DNA of 64,000 bases from a virus. The translations under genes and the position numbers were made by a program. Positions within the stretch are counted from its first letter, which is position 1; each line of letters begins with the position of its first letter. The stretch is from IMG/VR virus record IMGVR_UViG_3300047157_000098, positions 5,640 through 69,639 of that record; one strand, written 5' to 3'. Below, in pieces: positions 10,773-21,100 of the stretch. The notes below the pieces were generated by a model. The model was not told where the DNA came from and made no database searches. It worked only from the letters and a program-made list of their open reading frames with translations.

Positions 10773-11322
10773 ATTTCATTGTAATTGATTTGCTAAATAT
10801 TCTATATAATCTTTCTTCGTCTAAAATACATTCATATTCTGTATTAGGTTTGAAACCAACTAAATCGCCTTGCTTTAAACCGGCTTTAATAAGATTACTA
10901 TCAGCATATTTAAGAACCCCTATCAAAGGTTGTTCTTTGTCAATGTTATAAATATCATTAGATTTAATTGGCTTTACAAAACAATAAGTTTCTAAAGCGT
11001 TCCAAACACCGTTTCTTTTGTAAGCAAAGACTTGATCCCAGTGTACAAAGTACATGTCTTCTTTATAGAAGCTTTTGCTGTTTTTTTCTACACCCCTAAC
11101 GTCTTTCCATCTCCTAAACACGTTGTGATGAACTAAAACTTCATCTCCAACTTTAACTTCAGTCTTAGGACCGCTGGGTATAGCCGTAACTACAGCTCTT
11201 TTACTAACGTATCTGTGGTTGTAGTTATCTGTATTAAGTATAAGATCAGCTCCTTCTATACTTCTAGTATTGGTATATCTGGATTTTAATGGTCTTATTA
11301 TAAAATTATTAACTCCTTGCAT
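10717..11322 (-). CDS. tandem GroES/Cpn10-like protein
   Basis: Two GroES-like repeats (AVVTAIP..EVKVGDEVLVHH; GVLKY..GLKQGDLVGF). Confidence 0.6.
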   Translation of the reverse strand: MQGVNNFIIRPLKSRYTNTRSIEGADLILNTDNYNHRYVSKRAVVTAIPSGPKTEVKVGDEVLVHHNVFRRWKDVRGVEKNSKSFYKEDMYFVHWDQVFAYKRNGVWNALETYCFVKPIKSNDIYNIDKEQPLIGVLKYADSNLIKAGLKQGDLVGFKPNTEYECILDEERLYRIFSKSITMKYEYQGNEEEYNPSWTQSG

Positions 11323-11540
11323 TAGTATTCTAAATTGAATTCAATAGCTATAGCCATATTTTTATTAAAATCTTTCCAAGGTAAGACCTCGTCAGCTTTT
11401 TTAATATATATTCTATACTTGTCATCTTCTTCAATTATATCAGAAATAGTATGCCCTCCGTAGACCTCTTGGCCCACGGAGTAATGCATAGCTTCATTTT
11501 TATAATCTTTACCTATACTAATCTTTCGTATCAGATTCAT
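11322..11540 (-). CDS. hypothetical protein (72 aa, small beta protein)
   Basis: Coupled ORF in the late operon (IRKISIGKDYKNEAMHYSVGQ). Confidence 0.65.
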   Translation of the reverse strand: MNLIRKISIGKDYKNEAMHYSVGQEVYGGHTISDIIEEDDKYRIYIKKADEVLPWKDFNKNMAIAIEFNLEY

Positions 11541-11787
11541 CTTGACTAGGTATTTCAGAGATTGTACCGTCTTGAATGTTTACAGATACTTTACCGTATT
11601 CTTCTTCAAGAGAGTCTTGCATAGCTTTTAACTTCATTTGGAAGTCTCCAATTGTAGCCATCATACCAGCTTTTTGTGTCTCTATTTGACCAACTGACAA
11701 TTGAGCATTGTTAATTTGCCCAACTAAGTCTTGTAAATCTTTTAATTGTTCGTCTGTGATTTTTAAATCGTTTGTCTTTTTTGCCAT
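11518..11787 (-). CDS. coiled-coil hairpin protein (prefoldin-like architecture)
   Basis: 89 aa heptad pattern with a C-terminal YGKVSVNIQDG turn; (TTAAA)3 leader. Confidence 0.55.
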   Translation of the reverse strand: MAKKTNDLKITDEQLKDLQDLVGQINNAQLSVGQIETQKAGMMATIGDFQMKLKAMQDSLEEEYGKVSVNIQDGTISEIPSQDESDTKD

Positions 11788-11817
11788 AATTTAATTTAAT
11801 TTAATTGTTAATTTTTG

Positions 11818-12188
11818 TTACGCGTCTGTGTAATCCTTGTACTTTTCTTCTGCTTTTAAAGCTTGGTAAGCTTGTTTTACGTGGTTTTTTGCTGAAGCAG
11901 TTAGAGATCCATCAAAGTTAAAACTAAATGACATTATCTGACCGTTTGGGTCTAAGTCTCTAGTTTCTTGATCTTTAAATACCATCACTTCGCAATTACT
12001 ACCGGAATGCTTTTAATCCAAACATCTTTATAAACAGGTTCTGCAAGTATATTACCATCTTCGTCGTAAACAGGTCTGTTTCAAGTTCTTTAGCCTGATG
12101 AATGAGAGTGATAACAAACGGAAGAAACCTGAAGGTAAGCATCGCTTATCGTTATACCTTTAAAATCGTATGATCCTTTTATTGCCAT
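11818..12188 (-). pseudogene. frameshifted tail-accessory gene (about 120 aa if intact)
   Basis: Starts MAIKGSYDFKGITISDAYLQV, continues in other frames (PVYDEDGNILAEPVYKDVW; MVFKDQETRDLDPNG..KQAYQALKAEEKYKDYTDA*); at least 2 frame breaks, possibly sequence errors. Confidence 0.6.
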
Positions 12189-12221
12189 TGTTTTGTTTTT
12201 TTAAATTGTTTTATCTTTTTA

Positions 12222-12249
12222 TATTATTACACGCTTTATCATATTATTA
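12222..12249 (-). promoter_or_regulatory. late-class promoter
   Basis: TAAT-N14-TGTAATAATA; the 14-mer AGCGTGTAATAATA is identical to the copy at 32567-32580. Confidence 0.7.
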
Positions 12250-12273
12250 AAGCGCTGTTGTCACTAACGTGTA

Positions 12274-13110
12274 TTACGGTGAACATATATTTATACTTGT
12301 CACAACACCGTTTAAATTTGAGAACGTATAATAAGCAAGACTTGTTCTTATATATCTATTTGTTTGAACTGTTGTACCACTAGAGTTAGTATACACTGTG
12401 TCACCTACTTGTGGTAAACTTGAGCTTCCATTATGCCAGTAATTTGTATTTATTGTCTGCGTCACATATAAACTTAACACCAGATTGCCCAGCGGAAGCA
12501 GAGAACTGTGTAACTGTTTGACAAGTGTTTACACTTGATACCGCACCGTTTGACCCTACTATAATATATTGAGTTGCTGATATTCTATAATGTCCGGACG
12601 ATAAATAAGGGTATGTACCACTATTCGATGAATAAGCAATATCCCCAACCGCGTATTAACGTAGCACTTCCATTGTGATAATAAGTTTGATTTTGGGTTG
12701 CACTACAAACTCCAGATACAGTGGATTGAACGCTAGAGCTACTAAAAGAACTTAAGCTACAAGTGTATAATTGTTTTACTTCTCCACTTCCACTATCAAA
12801 CCTATATAAACCTGTGCCTCCTGAGTATGACCAGTTGCATTACCCTTCCATAAATTATTGCTAGGATTATATTCGTTATCTACCTGCTGCATCTGTATAA
12901 ACAGTATCTCCTACTACAGGCGTAGAACCGCTTCCGTCGTGGTAATAAATTGAAGCATAAAAACTACCATCAAATATATAGTTACATGAATACGCTGCTG
13001 TTGCAGTTGTGCACACCGGAGTTAGTCATGTAGAAAGCAGGGCCAACTGGCGTACAGTCTTTATCGTAACCACGCCAGTCTGAAAATCTATATGGATAAG
13101 CTATAGGCAT
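12274..13110 (-). pseudogene. frameshifted three-repeat virion accessory protein
   Basis: Starts MPIAYPYRFSDWRGYDKDC; repeats YYHDGSGSTPVVGDTVYTDAAG / YYHNGSAT..VGDIAYSSNSGT / YWHNGSSSLPQVGDTVYTNSSGT fall in different frames. Confidence 0.6.
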
Positions 13111-13120
13111 AATTTAATTT

Positions 13121-13585
13121 TTAAGGGCATTGAGAACCGTTAGTAGTTACAACTCCAGATGAGCTTACGGAAATATTAGGACATTGACTTTGAAACTCCA
13201 AAAAATGTTCCTTGGCTCCATATCCAATACGAATGAGTTTGTGAAGCACCTGTCCAAGCTGTATATGATCCGCTTGCGTAAGTATATAAAACATCATTTG
13301 TTACTAAACCATTAATAGGGCTTCTTGTTGTGAAAACAGTTACGTTATATCCTGGCGTTGTTGCTGCGGTTAATGTTATTTGATGATAACCATCATGACT
13401 TATAGGATTTGGCGTACAGTCATCGTTTACCGTAGGGTAACTAACTGTAGATCCGTGAGATTACCACCATTAACCATGTCGTATAAAGATATAACACCCA
13501 TGCTTTGACTACCATTATAATCTCCGTGCTTTGCTTCTCTAGCCATCTTAAGCATAGACATTTGTCCACTAGTAGGTATCGCCAT
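13121..13585 (-). pseudogene. frameshifted tail-fibre accessory gene
   Basis: Starts MAIPTSGQMSMLKMAREAKHGDYNG, coupled to the fibre stop (TAATG); ends SVSSSGVVTTNGSQCP* in another frame. Confidence 0.55.
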
Positions 13586-16500
13586 TACTTAATTTGTTTT
13601 TTAAGTTCTTCTATTTCAGCTTTTAATTCTTTTATAGCTTCAAGTAATATTGGTGTAATACCTTGATGTCTCATAGAAAGCATACCATTCTCGTTTTCTC
13701 TTACAAGTTCTGGTAGAACTTTTTGAACATCTTGAGCTATAAAACCTATATCTTCTTTTATTTTTAATATACTTTCACTGTCTTTCCAATCAAATGTAAC
13801 CCCTTGTAGTTTATCAACTTTGGCTAAAGCTGATTCTATTGGTTTTATATTTTCCTTTAACCTAATATCAGAAGGTGAACCGTAAGCTACAATATCTCCA
13901 GAACTTGTAAAAGTTCCAGAAGTCATGTTGTGTTGAAATCTAGTATTACTTCCTTGTCTCCAGTAAACTACACCACAATTCATATCAAAATAAGTATTTG
14001 AATTGTTTGTATGAAATCTTGCGTAATTTCCAGTGTGATTATTTCCTAAATAAATATCACCGACTCCAGTGCTGGACTTAGCAATAATTTTACCTAAGAA
14101 AGTTGAATCTTGGTCCTCGTCTATAGTAAGAGCTGTTATTAAAGCGTTTTGTTTTGCTGTTTGGAATACTAATTTTGATGGATATACATTTGGACTACCC
14201 ATATTCCACGTTCCTGCTGCTACGCCTTTAATAGCTGCCCCTGTGTTAGTTGCACTTGGGTCATCACCTTGAAAGTAAATAGTACCTATACTGTCGCCTT
14301 CAATTATACTCGTATCTTCCCTCCTTAATTTAAGCACTGGTGCCACAGCGTGTTTTGAAGTTAACTCTGCGCCTGTAATATCTCCAGCTGTAATTGTACC
14401 TCCAGCAATAATACCACCTGAAAGACTAATGGTTGGATTATTGTTGTAAGCAGAGGTTATTCTTAAATAACCACCACCTACAGATCCTGTTACGTTTAAA
14501 GCGTGACCACTGTTAGCTGAGTTAACTTGTATTCCTACTCCCGTGTGGCTTCCTGAGCCGTGGTTAACGGTTAAAACCTCCGCTGTTCCACTACCAACGT
14601 TTGGAGAGATAGTTGTGTTTTTAGCTGTTACAGTACCTCCAAAAGCAGCACTACCAGTAGCTCCAGGTTGTACGATTAAAGCTTTAGCTATATTAACAGC
14701 TCCACTTCTCCAGTTTAAATACATAGTAGCACTACCATTTGCTTCTGTAAATGTGTTTATTTCATTTCCATGAGCAATAGTAGTTTTATAGGTAGTGCTA
14801 CCGTGGTGAAAAGTTGCGTTACCGTAAGTCGTGATAGTATTAGAAGTAACTAAATCTCTAACATGATTACTATTAGTAGGCATATCAACTCTTTCAGTAG
14901 CTACAAAATCTGTTAACAACGTACCTGCTTCAACCTTTGGACTGTGTAAAGTAACCGTGTGTCCTGAACCTTGGTTTAAATTTATGTCAAAAAACCTGTA
15001 AGTAGAGTTGTAATCAGATCTAGAAGCGTACCCATATATTCTACCTGATTTAGGTGCGCTCGATGTACCAACTTGACTACCGTTACCTGTAACTGATACA
15101 TCACAAAAATCCACATTTAATGTTCCAATTAAGTTTTCGTAATAAACACTAACCATGTAATTATCACCATCTATTAATTGGTTATCATCAACGTACAGTC
15201 TAATTGTAGACGAGCCTGTGTTGTCGTTTGTATATCTGGCTACATAAGGACTTATAGTTGTTTTTGTGGCGTTACCATATTGATCATTATTACTAGCTAT
15301 TTTAATACTATCTATATCTAAAAGGTTTTTGTTTGGTACTATAGCGTCGTAATCATAAAACTTAGACTTAGCTACAGCTATATTGTTAAACACAACCGAG
15401 TTTGGTCCAGCCTGCATGTTATCACTAGCGGTAAGTGAATTATTGTTACCGTTAATTTGCATTAGCATAACCCCAGTACTTGATCTAAACTTAAAACCTT
15501 CGTTTTGATTACAACCTAGTACCATCCAAAATGATTCTAAACCTATATCATTTTTCCAAGAAGTTGATCCAAATTTAATTTTACCTGTTGTTGATATAGT
15601 GCTACCTATTAATAAATGAGAGGTTGCTGAAGGTATAGCGGCTGAACTGTTAAATGTTGTTGCTCCGGTTATAGTTAAAGACCCGTAAAAAGTTGATGCT
15701 AAGTCTTTTTTTATTTGAAATGCTTTTGTATGTCCACTAGTTGCGGTATCTGAATCAGTATTAACAAAAAAGTAATGGTTCTGTACTCCTGCATAGGAAC
15801 TGTCAGCACTACCGTAATAAATAGAATTAATATCATTCTGTTGGAATGTTTGAAGAATACTAACATCATTTCCTTCGTAATTCTCTGTTACAATACCTGA
15901 TTGTTTATTTGCATTTGCGGTAAGATTACTTGCTATTTTTATTTGATTATATCCAGAACCTCTTACATCAAGAGCACCTACAAAAGTTGCTTTTTTGTTT
16001 GTGTCTATAGTAACTGCATCTTGGTTGTTTTGAATTATCTTAACAGTGGTGTTTGAATCTGAACCTATTCTAGTGTCATTACCTTCTTGTTGAAATAAAG
16101 CAGCGCCAGCATTCGTGTCGTTTAAATATATATAAGGGTTAGTTGCGTTAGAAACTGTTACGTTGGTTCCAGTCACGCTTAGCGTGCCTTGTATTGTTGT
16201 TCCTTTGTCTAACAGTATAGATGTCTCAGAATGTAAGTCAAGCACACCAGTGCTGTGGTTATACCCTAACCAAGCAGCGTTGTTAGCACCAGCATCACCA
16301 AACATATAGTAAGCATCAGCAGTGCTTGATTGTTGCACGATTGATCTTGTAGTACCTTTAACGTGTAAAAACGTTGTTGCATCATATGGAGAACCTGTAG
16401 TACCAGGCCCTACGGTAAGAAGATTAGATATACTTAAATCACTAATATTTGACCACTCACCCACGTTTAAATCAAACTTGTAATCATCATCTTGTGCTTC

Positions 16501-18195
16501 TATTATTTTAGCATTATAAAACCATGATTTAGAACCGTTAACAGAGCCATAACAAGTACCTAATCTTAAATGCACTAAACTTGTTGTAGAGTGCATTACA
16601 CCTGTAACACCTGAAATACCAGAAGCTTGTGTTCTGTTGCTGCTAGCGTTTCTATCTGCTACCGAATCTGCTTGACCACTAGTTGTTCTATGTGATTTTA
16701 ACTTAAAAGTTAATTTAGTCCAACCGTTGATATTTGCAACAACAGTTCCTGTATTATTGCTATTAGCATATGTTTTTATTTTATTAGTATGAAAATAGGG
16801 GTTAGAGGTAATTCTATTACCGTTAGATGCAAACTCATGCCAACCTAAGTATAAGTGATCATCACCTGTAGACTTAATCCAAACACTAAATTCATAATCT
16901 TTTTCAGGATTAACTTTAATATTTTCTGAAGTGTACCACTGGTAGCAGTGAGTATTAGTTCCATTACCTGTAGATGTATGGGCTTGTACCTTTGTACCGT
17001 CTATAAACATTACTTCTTCTCTATGTGCAGAAGCTTGAACAGCTATATCAGTACCTTTTCTAATCATATTAGCGCCACCTAAATTATCAGCAATTAAACC
17101 TTCACCAGCGTAAGCAAATTGACCAACGTTAGTACCAGTGTTATTAGTAGATACACCTCCATGCCAACCTAAGTTTAATATATCTTTTGCGTTAGCTCTA
17201 AGTGTTATATGATCAGTTTGAAATCTAATATACGTATCGGTGTCACCTTTGTGGTATATGTAATCGTGTAAGTAGATACTAGGGATATCAGCTGTTCCTG
17301 TCATAAATAGATTTCTAAATCTATAACTTGAATCATTAAAACCTAAATCAACAGAATTATCAGTTTGTGGATAAAATTTACCGTTTAAATCTATATTTAT
17401 TATATGGTTACCACCGGCGTGAAATCTTAAGTTACTACCTGTAGATTTTAAATTTGCACCAACTGTTACATCATTTGAAAATGTTGCGTTATTAGTAGCT
17501 GCTTCAATGATAAAAGGGTTAGTACTACTTGTTTCGTTTCTTACAGTAAATGTTTCGTTATTTGTACCAACACTAAAACTTCTAGCAACTCCCTGGTTGT
17601 CATCTAAGAATAATTTAGGATATGCTTTACCACCTATTGTTAAATCACCAGCTCCAAGACGGAAATCTCCTCCATCAAACCAACTTCCACCAGCAGAATC
17701 TATACGTACTTTTTCTATATTGTTGTTAGTACCATCTGATGCCATTAACGAAAACAAACCTTTGTCTAAGTTTACACCAGAAGATCCTCTAGGTATAATA
17801 CGAGCTAGATTATAATCAGTGGACTTAAGCCAAAACTCGTTTCCATCTTCTATAATCATTAAGTCACCATAAAGCTTAGTATTCTTCGCGTTATCAATTA
17901 CTAACGCATGATTATCATTTGTTCCACCAACAGCAATTCTAAAGTCAGAACCCCAACCTTGAAGAAAAACTTCATTTGTACTACTATCTCTTAATCCAAT
18001 TTGAGCAACACTATTACTACCTTCCCAGAACTTTATTCTATTGTTACCTGGGTTAATTGTAAGAGAACTATTAATAGTAGACGGGCCAGTCACAATGATG
18101 CCTTGATCACCACCTGTAGCTAATGTTTGTTCACCATCTTTATTAAAGATGTTTATTATTTCTATGCCGTCAAGCTTTAAAGGGTTGTAGCTCAT
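13585..18195 (-). CDS. tail fibre/spike with carbohydrate-binding-like inserts and C-terminal intramolecular chaperone (peptidase S74)
   Basis: C-terminal SDIRLKENIKPI..LQGVTFDWK..IGFIAQDVQKVLPELV..LLEAIKELKAEIEELK; G/S/T/N-rich beta repeats; CBM-like KVNPEKDYEFSVWIKS. Confidence 0.85.
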   Translation of the reverse strand: MSYNPLKLDGIEIINIFNKDGEQTLATGGDQGIIVTGPSTINSSLTINPGNNRIKFWEGSNSVAQIGLRDSSTNEVFLQGWGSDFRIAVGGTNDNHALVIDNAKNTKLYGDLMIIEDGNEFWLKSTDYNLARIIPRGSSGVNLDKGLFSLMASDGTNNNIEKVRIDSAGGSWFDGGDFRLGAGDLTIGGKAYPKLFLDDNQGVARSFSVGTNNETFTVRNETSSTNPFIIEAATNNATFSNDVTVGANLKSTGSNLRFHAGGNHIINIDLNGKFYPQTDNSVDLGFNDSSYRFRNLFMTGTADIPSIYLHDYIYHKGDTDTYIRFQTDHITLRANAKDILNLGWHGGVSTNNTGTNVGQFAYAGEGLIADNLGGANMIRKGTDIAVQASAHREEVMFIDGTKVQAHTSTGNGTNTHCYQWYTSENIKVNPEKDYEFSVWIKSTGDDHLYLGWHEFASNGNRITSNPYFHTNKIKTYANSNNTGTVVANINGWTKLTFKLKSHRTTSGQADSVADRNASSNRTQASGISGVTGVMHSTTSLVHLRLGTCYGSVNGSKSWFYNAKIIEAQDDDYKFDLNVGEWSNISDLSISNLLTVGPGTTGSPYDATTFLHVKGTTRSIVQQSSTADAYYMFGDAGANNAAWLGYNHSTGVLDLHSETSILLDKGTTIQGTLSVTGTNVTVSNATNPYIYLNDTNAGAALFQQEGNDTRIGSDSNTTVKIIQNNQDAVTIDTNKKATFVGALDVRGSGYNQIKIASNLTANANKQSGIVTENYEGNDVSILQTFQQNDINSIYYGSADSSYAGVQNHYFFVNTDSDTATSGHTKAFQIKKDLASTFYGSLTITGATTFNSSAAIPSATSHLLIGSTISTTGKIKFGSTSWKNDIGLESFWMVLGCNQNEGFKFRSSTGVMLMQINGNNNSLTASDNMQAGPNSVVFNNIAVAKSKFYDYDAIVPNKNLLDIDSIKIASNNDQYGNATKTTISPYVARYTNDNTGSSTIRLYVDDNQLIDGDNYMVSVYYENLIGTLNVDFCDVSVTGNGSQVGTSSAPKSGRIYGYASRSDYNSTYRFFDINLNQGSGHTVTLHSPKVEAGTLLTDFVATERVDMPTNSNHVRDLVTSNTITTYGNATFHHGSTTYKTTIAHGNEINTFTEANGSATMYLNWRSGAVNIAKALIVQPGATGSAAFGGTVTAKNTTISPNVGSGTAEVLTVNHGSGSHTGVGIQVNSANSGHALNVTGSVGGGYLRITSAYNNNPTISLSGGIIAGGTITAGDITGAELTSKHAVAPVLKLRREDTSIIEGDSIGTIYFQGDDPSATNTGAAIKGVAAGTWNMGSPNVYPSKLVFQTAKQNALITALTIDEDQDSTFLGKIIAKSSTGVGDIYLGNNHTGNYARFHTNNSNTYFDMNCGVVYWRQGSNTRFQHNMTSGTFTSSGDIVAYGSPSDIRLKENIKPIESALAKVDKLQGVTFDWKDSESILKIKEDIGFIAQDVQKVLPELVRENENGMLSMRHQGITPILLEAIKELKAEIEELKKQIK

Positions 18196-21100
18196 ATTTT
18201 ATTATATTAATCTTCTAAATTTAAACCTCATTATTTTACCACCGTTACTATTATCTAAAGCTGCGCTATAAGATAGCGTTGATTTTACCATTAACATTAA
18301 CGTGCCACTACTGTGTCTTACTGTTTTTAATTGAATATGACCACCATTTGGTGCATGGCCAGCTCTATGTAAAGGTATTTCATCTTCTTTTGTAGAATTT
18401 GTACCTGCACCATACCAACTCATCATACCAGAATAATGCTCATAATAATGTCCACCACCAACCGTAAAATCACTAACATACATTTGAACAGCATATGTTC
18501 CAGTAGCTAGATCAGTGCCGTCTATACCAGTATCTGTCCACGTTTCTGCGGCTAACTGAAATGTCATTGCAGCTTCGTAAAGCTGATCAATATCAGTACC
18601 AGTTGTCATTGTTAAACCTTTATGCTGCACATTACCATTAAAAGTTGATGTTCCTGTTCCTTGAACATCTATAACACCATGGGTTAATACATTACCCCGC
18701 TCTGTCCATATACATCTTCTCAACAGCACCATATCCAAAAGATAACTTACTACCACTACCACCACCATAAGCAGCTATATTATAATAATCACCACCTATC
18801 ATATCTCCATCGGAACCATCTAACCATATCACTGCTCCATTACTATATTCAGTCATTGTAATAGCGGAAGACCCAACCTTAACTTCAAATGGCTTGTTGA
18901 CTTCCCATTGAGTTCCAGTGTGATCGTATAATATTGAAGCACTTGCTCCATCTACAACTATTCCAGCACCATCAGCGGCAGCTGAATCAGCAGCACCTTT
19001 TGCTACTGTTATTGTTTTATCTGTTACATCTAAGTTAGTAACACTAGTAGAGTTTATATCACCAGTTATATTCAGATTACCGGTAACTTCTAAGTCCATA
19101 TTAAACTTAGCTTTATCACTTCCCGCAAAGTCTAATGTTGTATAATGAGATCCTATATTGTGCGTTAAGTGTTTTATAGTTGCAGACTTGGTATTGAGTT
19201 GGCCATCAGATTGTCTTGATCTAGTTTGGAATTGGAGTTTTGCAGATTCGTTTGTAGTATTGTTTGCGCTTGGTGCTACAGTCATCATATAAACAGACTG
19301 TGAATTTACACCTTCAAATATACTTATCGCACCTGTTTCATCAGGCCTTAAATACATAGTTTCACCTGATGTATGTTTTATTCTCATAGGACCAGTACCG
19401 GTACCTTTTATATAAGGATTAATACCTGCGACTATTAGTTCGTTACCATATATAGTTGCATCACCACCTGTTGTTATTGCGAGTTTAGCTTGAGCATTAT
19501 AAGATGATTGAGAGCCATCGGAAGCGTAGCCAATGTTAAATCCAGAAGAATTATACCCAGTACCAACAAACCACTCTCTATCAGTTGATCCACTAGCACT
19601 ATTAACACTGTCTTTCATTTTTATACCAACACCACGGCCTTCATAACCATGCATGTTCATTACAGCTGTCATAGCTGTGGCAGCACCGTCAGGGGCGTTT
19701 ATTTTAAGACTTGAACCAAAAGTACCTGCACCTGAAAAAGTTGCGTCACCATCACCTTGTAGCTGTATCTTATTAACACCAGCTGCGTTTCTTACAACTA
19801 TTGCATTTTCACCATCTGTTTGCGATAAGATACCGTAGTCAGCTGTACCGTCTTTATCTACTTTTATACCCCAATCATCATTGTCGTTAGTTACTAAAAT
19901 ACCAGCATCACCAGTACGATTACCTGTATAGTCAACTGTCAAACCAGTACTAGTAATATCACCTGCAAAAGTTGCGTTAGCACCACTACCTGTCAACATT
20001 GTTGTTGAGCCTGACTTAAGAATTAAGTTACCAGAAGAGTTTGTTAATCTACCAAATTCTACACCATCATCTCTCAAAACTATATCTCCACCGCCAGCAT
20101 CTAACCTAATATCGTCTGCAGCGTCAATAGTAAAATCACCACTACCACTCTCTGTAAGCGTAACAGCATTGCTACCGTCTGCGGTTATCTCAAATGATCC
20201 ATGAACTCTTGTTCTATGTCTGCTTGAATAAGCCGAAGGTATTGTTACTGAAGCGGGCGATGTTAAGCTTATGTTTTGAAGTTGATGTGCTTGACCGCCA
20301 AAATATTCTACCTTAACTCTTACTGAGTTACCATGTGAATTTATATGGTATATAGGTATGTTATATTTTGATGTTGAAGAGTTCCAAGTTATATTACCTA
20401 TAGTAAATGCATCGGCTACACCTCCAGTAGCTTTTACAATGTAGTCAGCTCCAGCACCATATAAACCACTAGTAGAACCTGAACCAGGATTCCATCCGAA
20501 AGGTATTGTTTTTACAAGTTCACCTGTTATGTTTTGATGTGAATAACTACCAGATAATGTTATCTTAAGCATACCTTGCATTTGAACATTAGGAAAAACA
20601 ATGTTTATACCTAAGTTAGCCGTACCATTTGCAAAATAACCTGATGAAAGATTTCTTTCTGAATAAGCACCTTGTTGTAAAGCACCATCCATTTGAACAT
20701 GCTTCGCAACATACAAGTTATTATTCATTTTCCAAGTACCATTACTATCACCAGAGTACAAAAGAAGATCTCCACTAGAAGGGTATACCTGCCACGACCT
20801 TGTTCCTGATTGATCAAACTGTAAACGGTTTGCACTCATTTGAATGTTACCAGTCATAGTACCACCAGCTAAAGGTAGTTTTGAACTATCAGTTGATACA
20901 ACGCCTGTTATGTTGCTACCATCACCGTAGATAGTTGTCGCGTGTAGTTCTCTCCAGCGTCTATTTGAAGCTCCTAGTTTACGAGCACTATTATTATCAG
21001 CGTCTGGTATAAAATTACCTTGTGCTTGTATGTTTGTGGCCGCCACAAAAAGAGTACTACTAGATGCTTCTATCTTAGCATGGTTACTTAGGGTTTTAAA

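Noticed and set aside
11818-13585. Diversity-generating retroelement target region
   Set aside because: No reverse transcriptase or TR/VR pair differing at adenines; the lesions are indels
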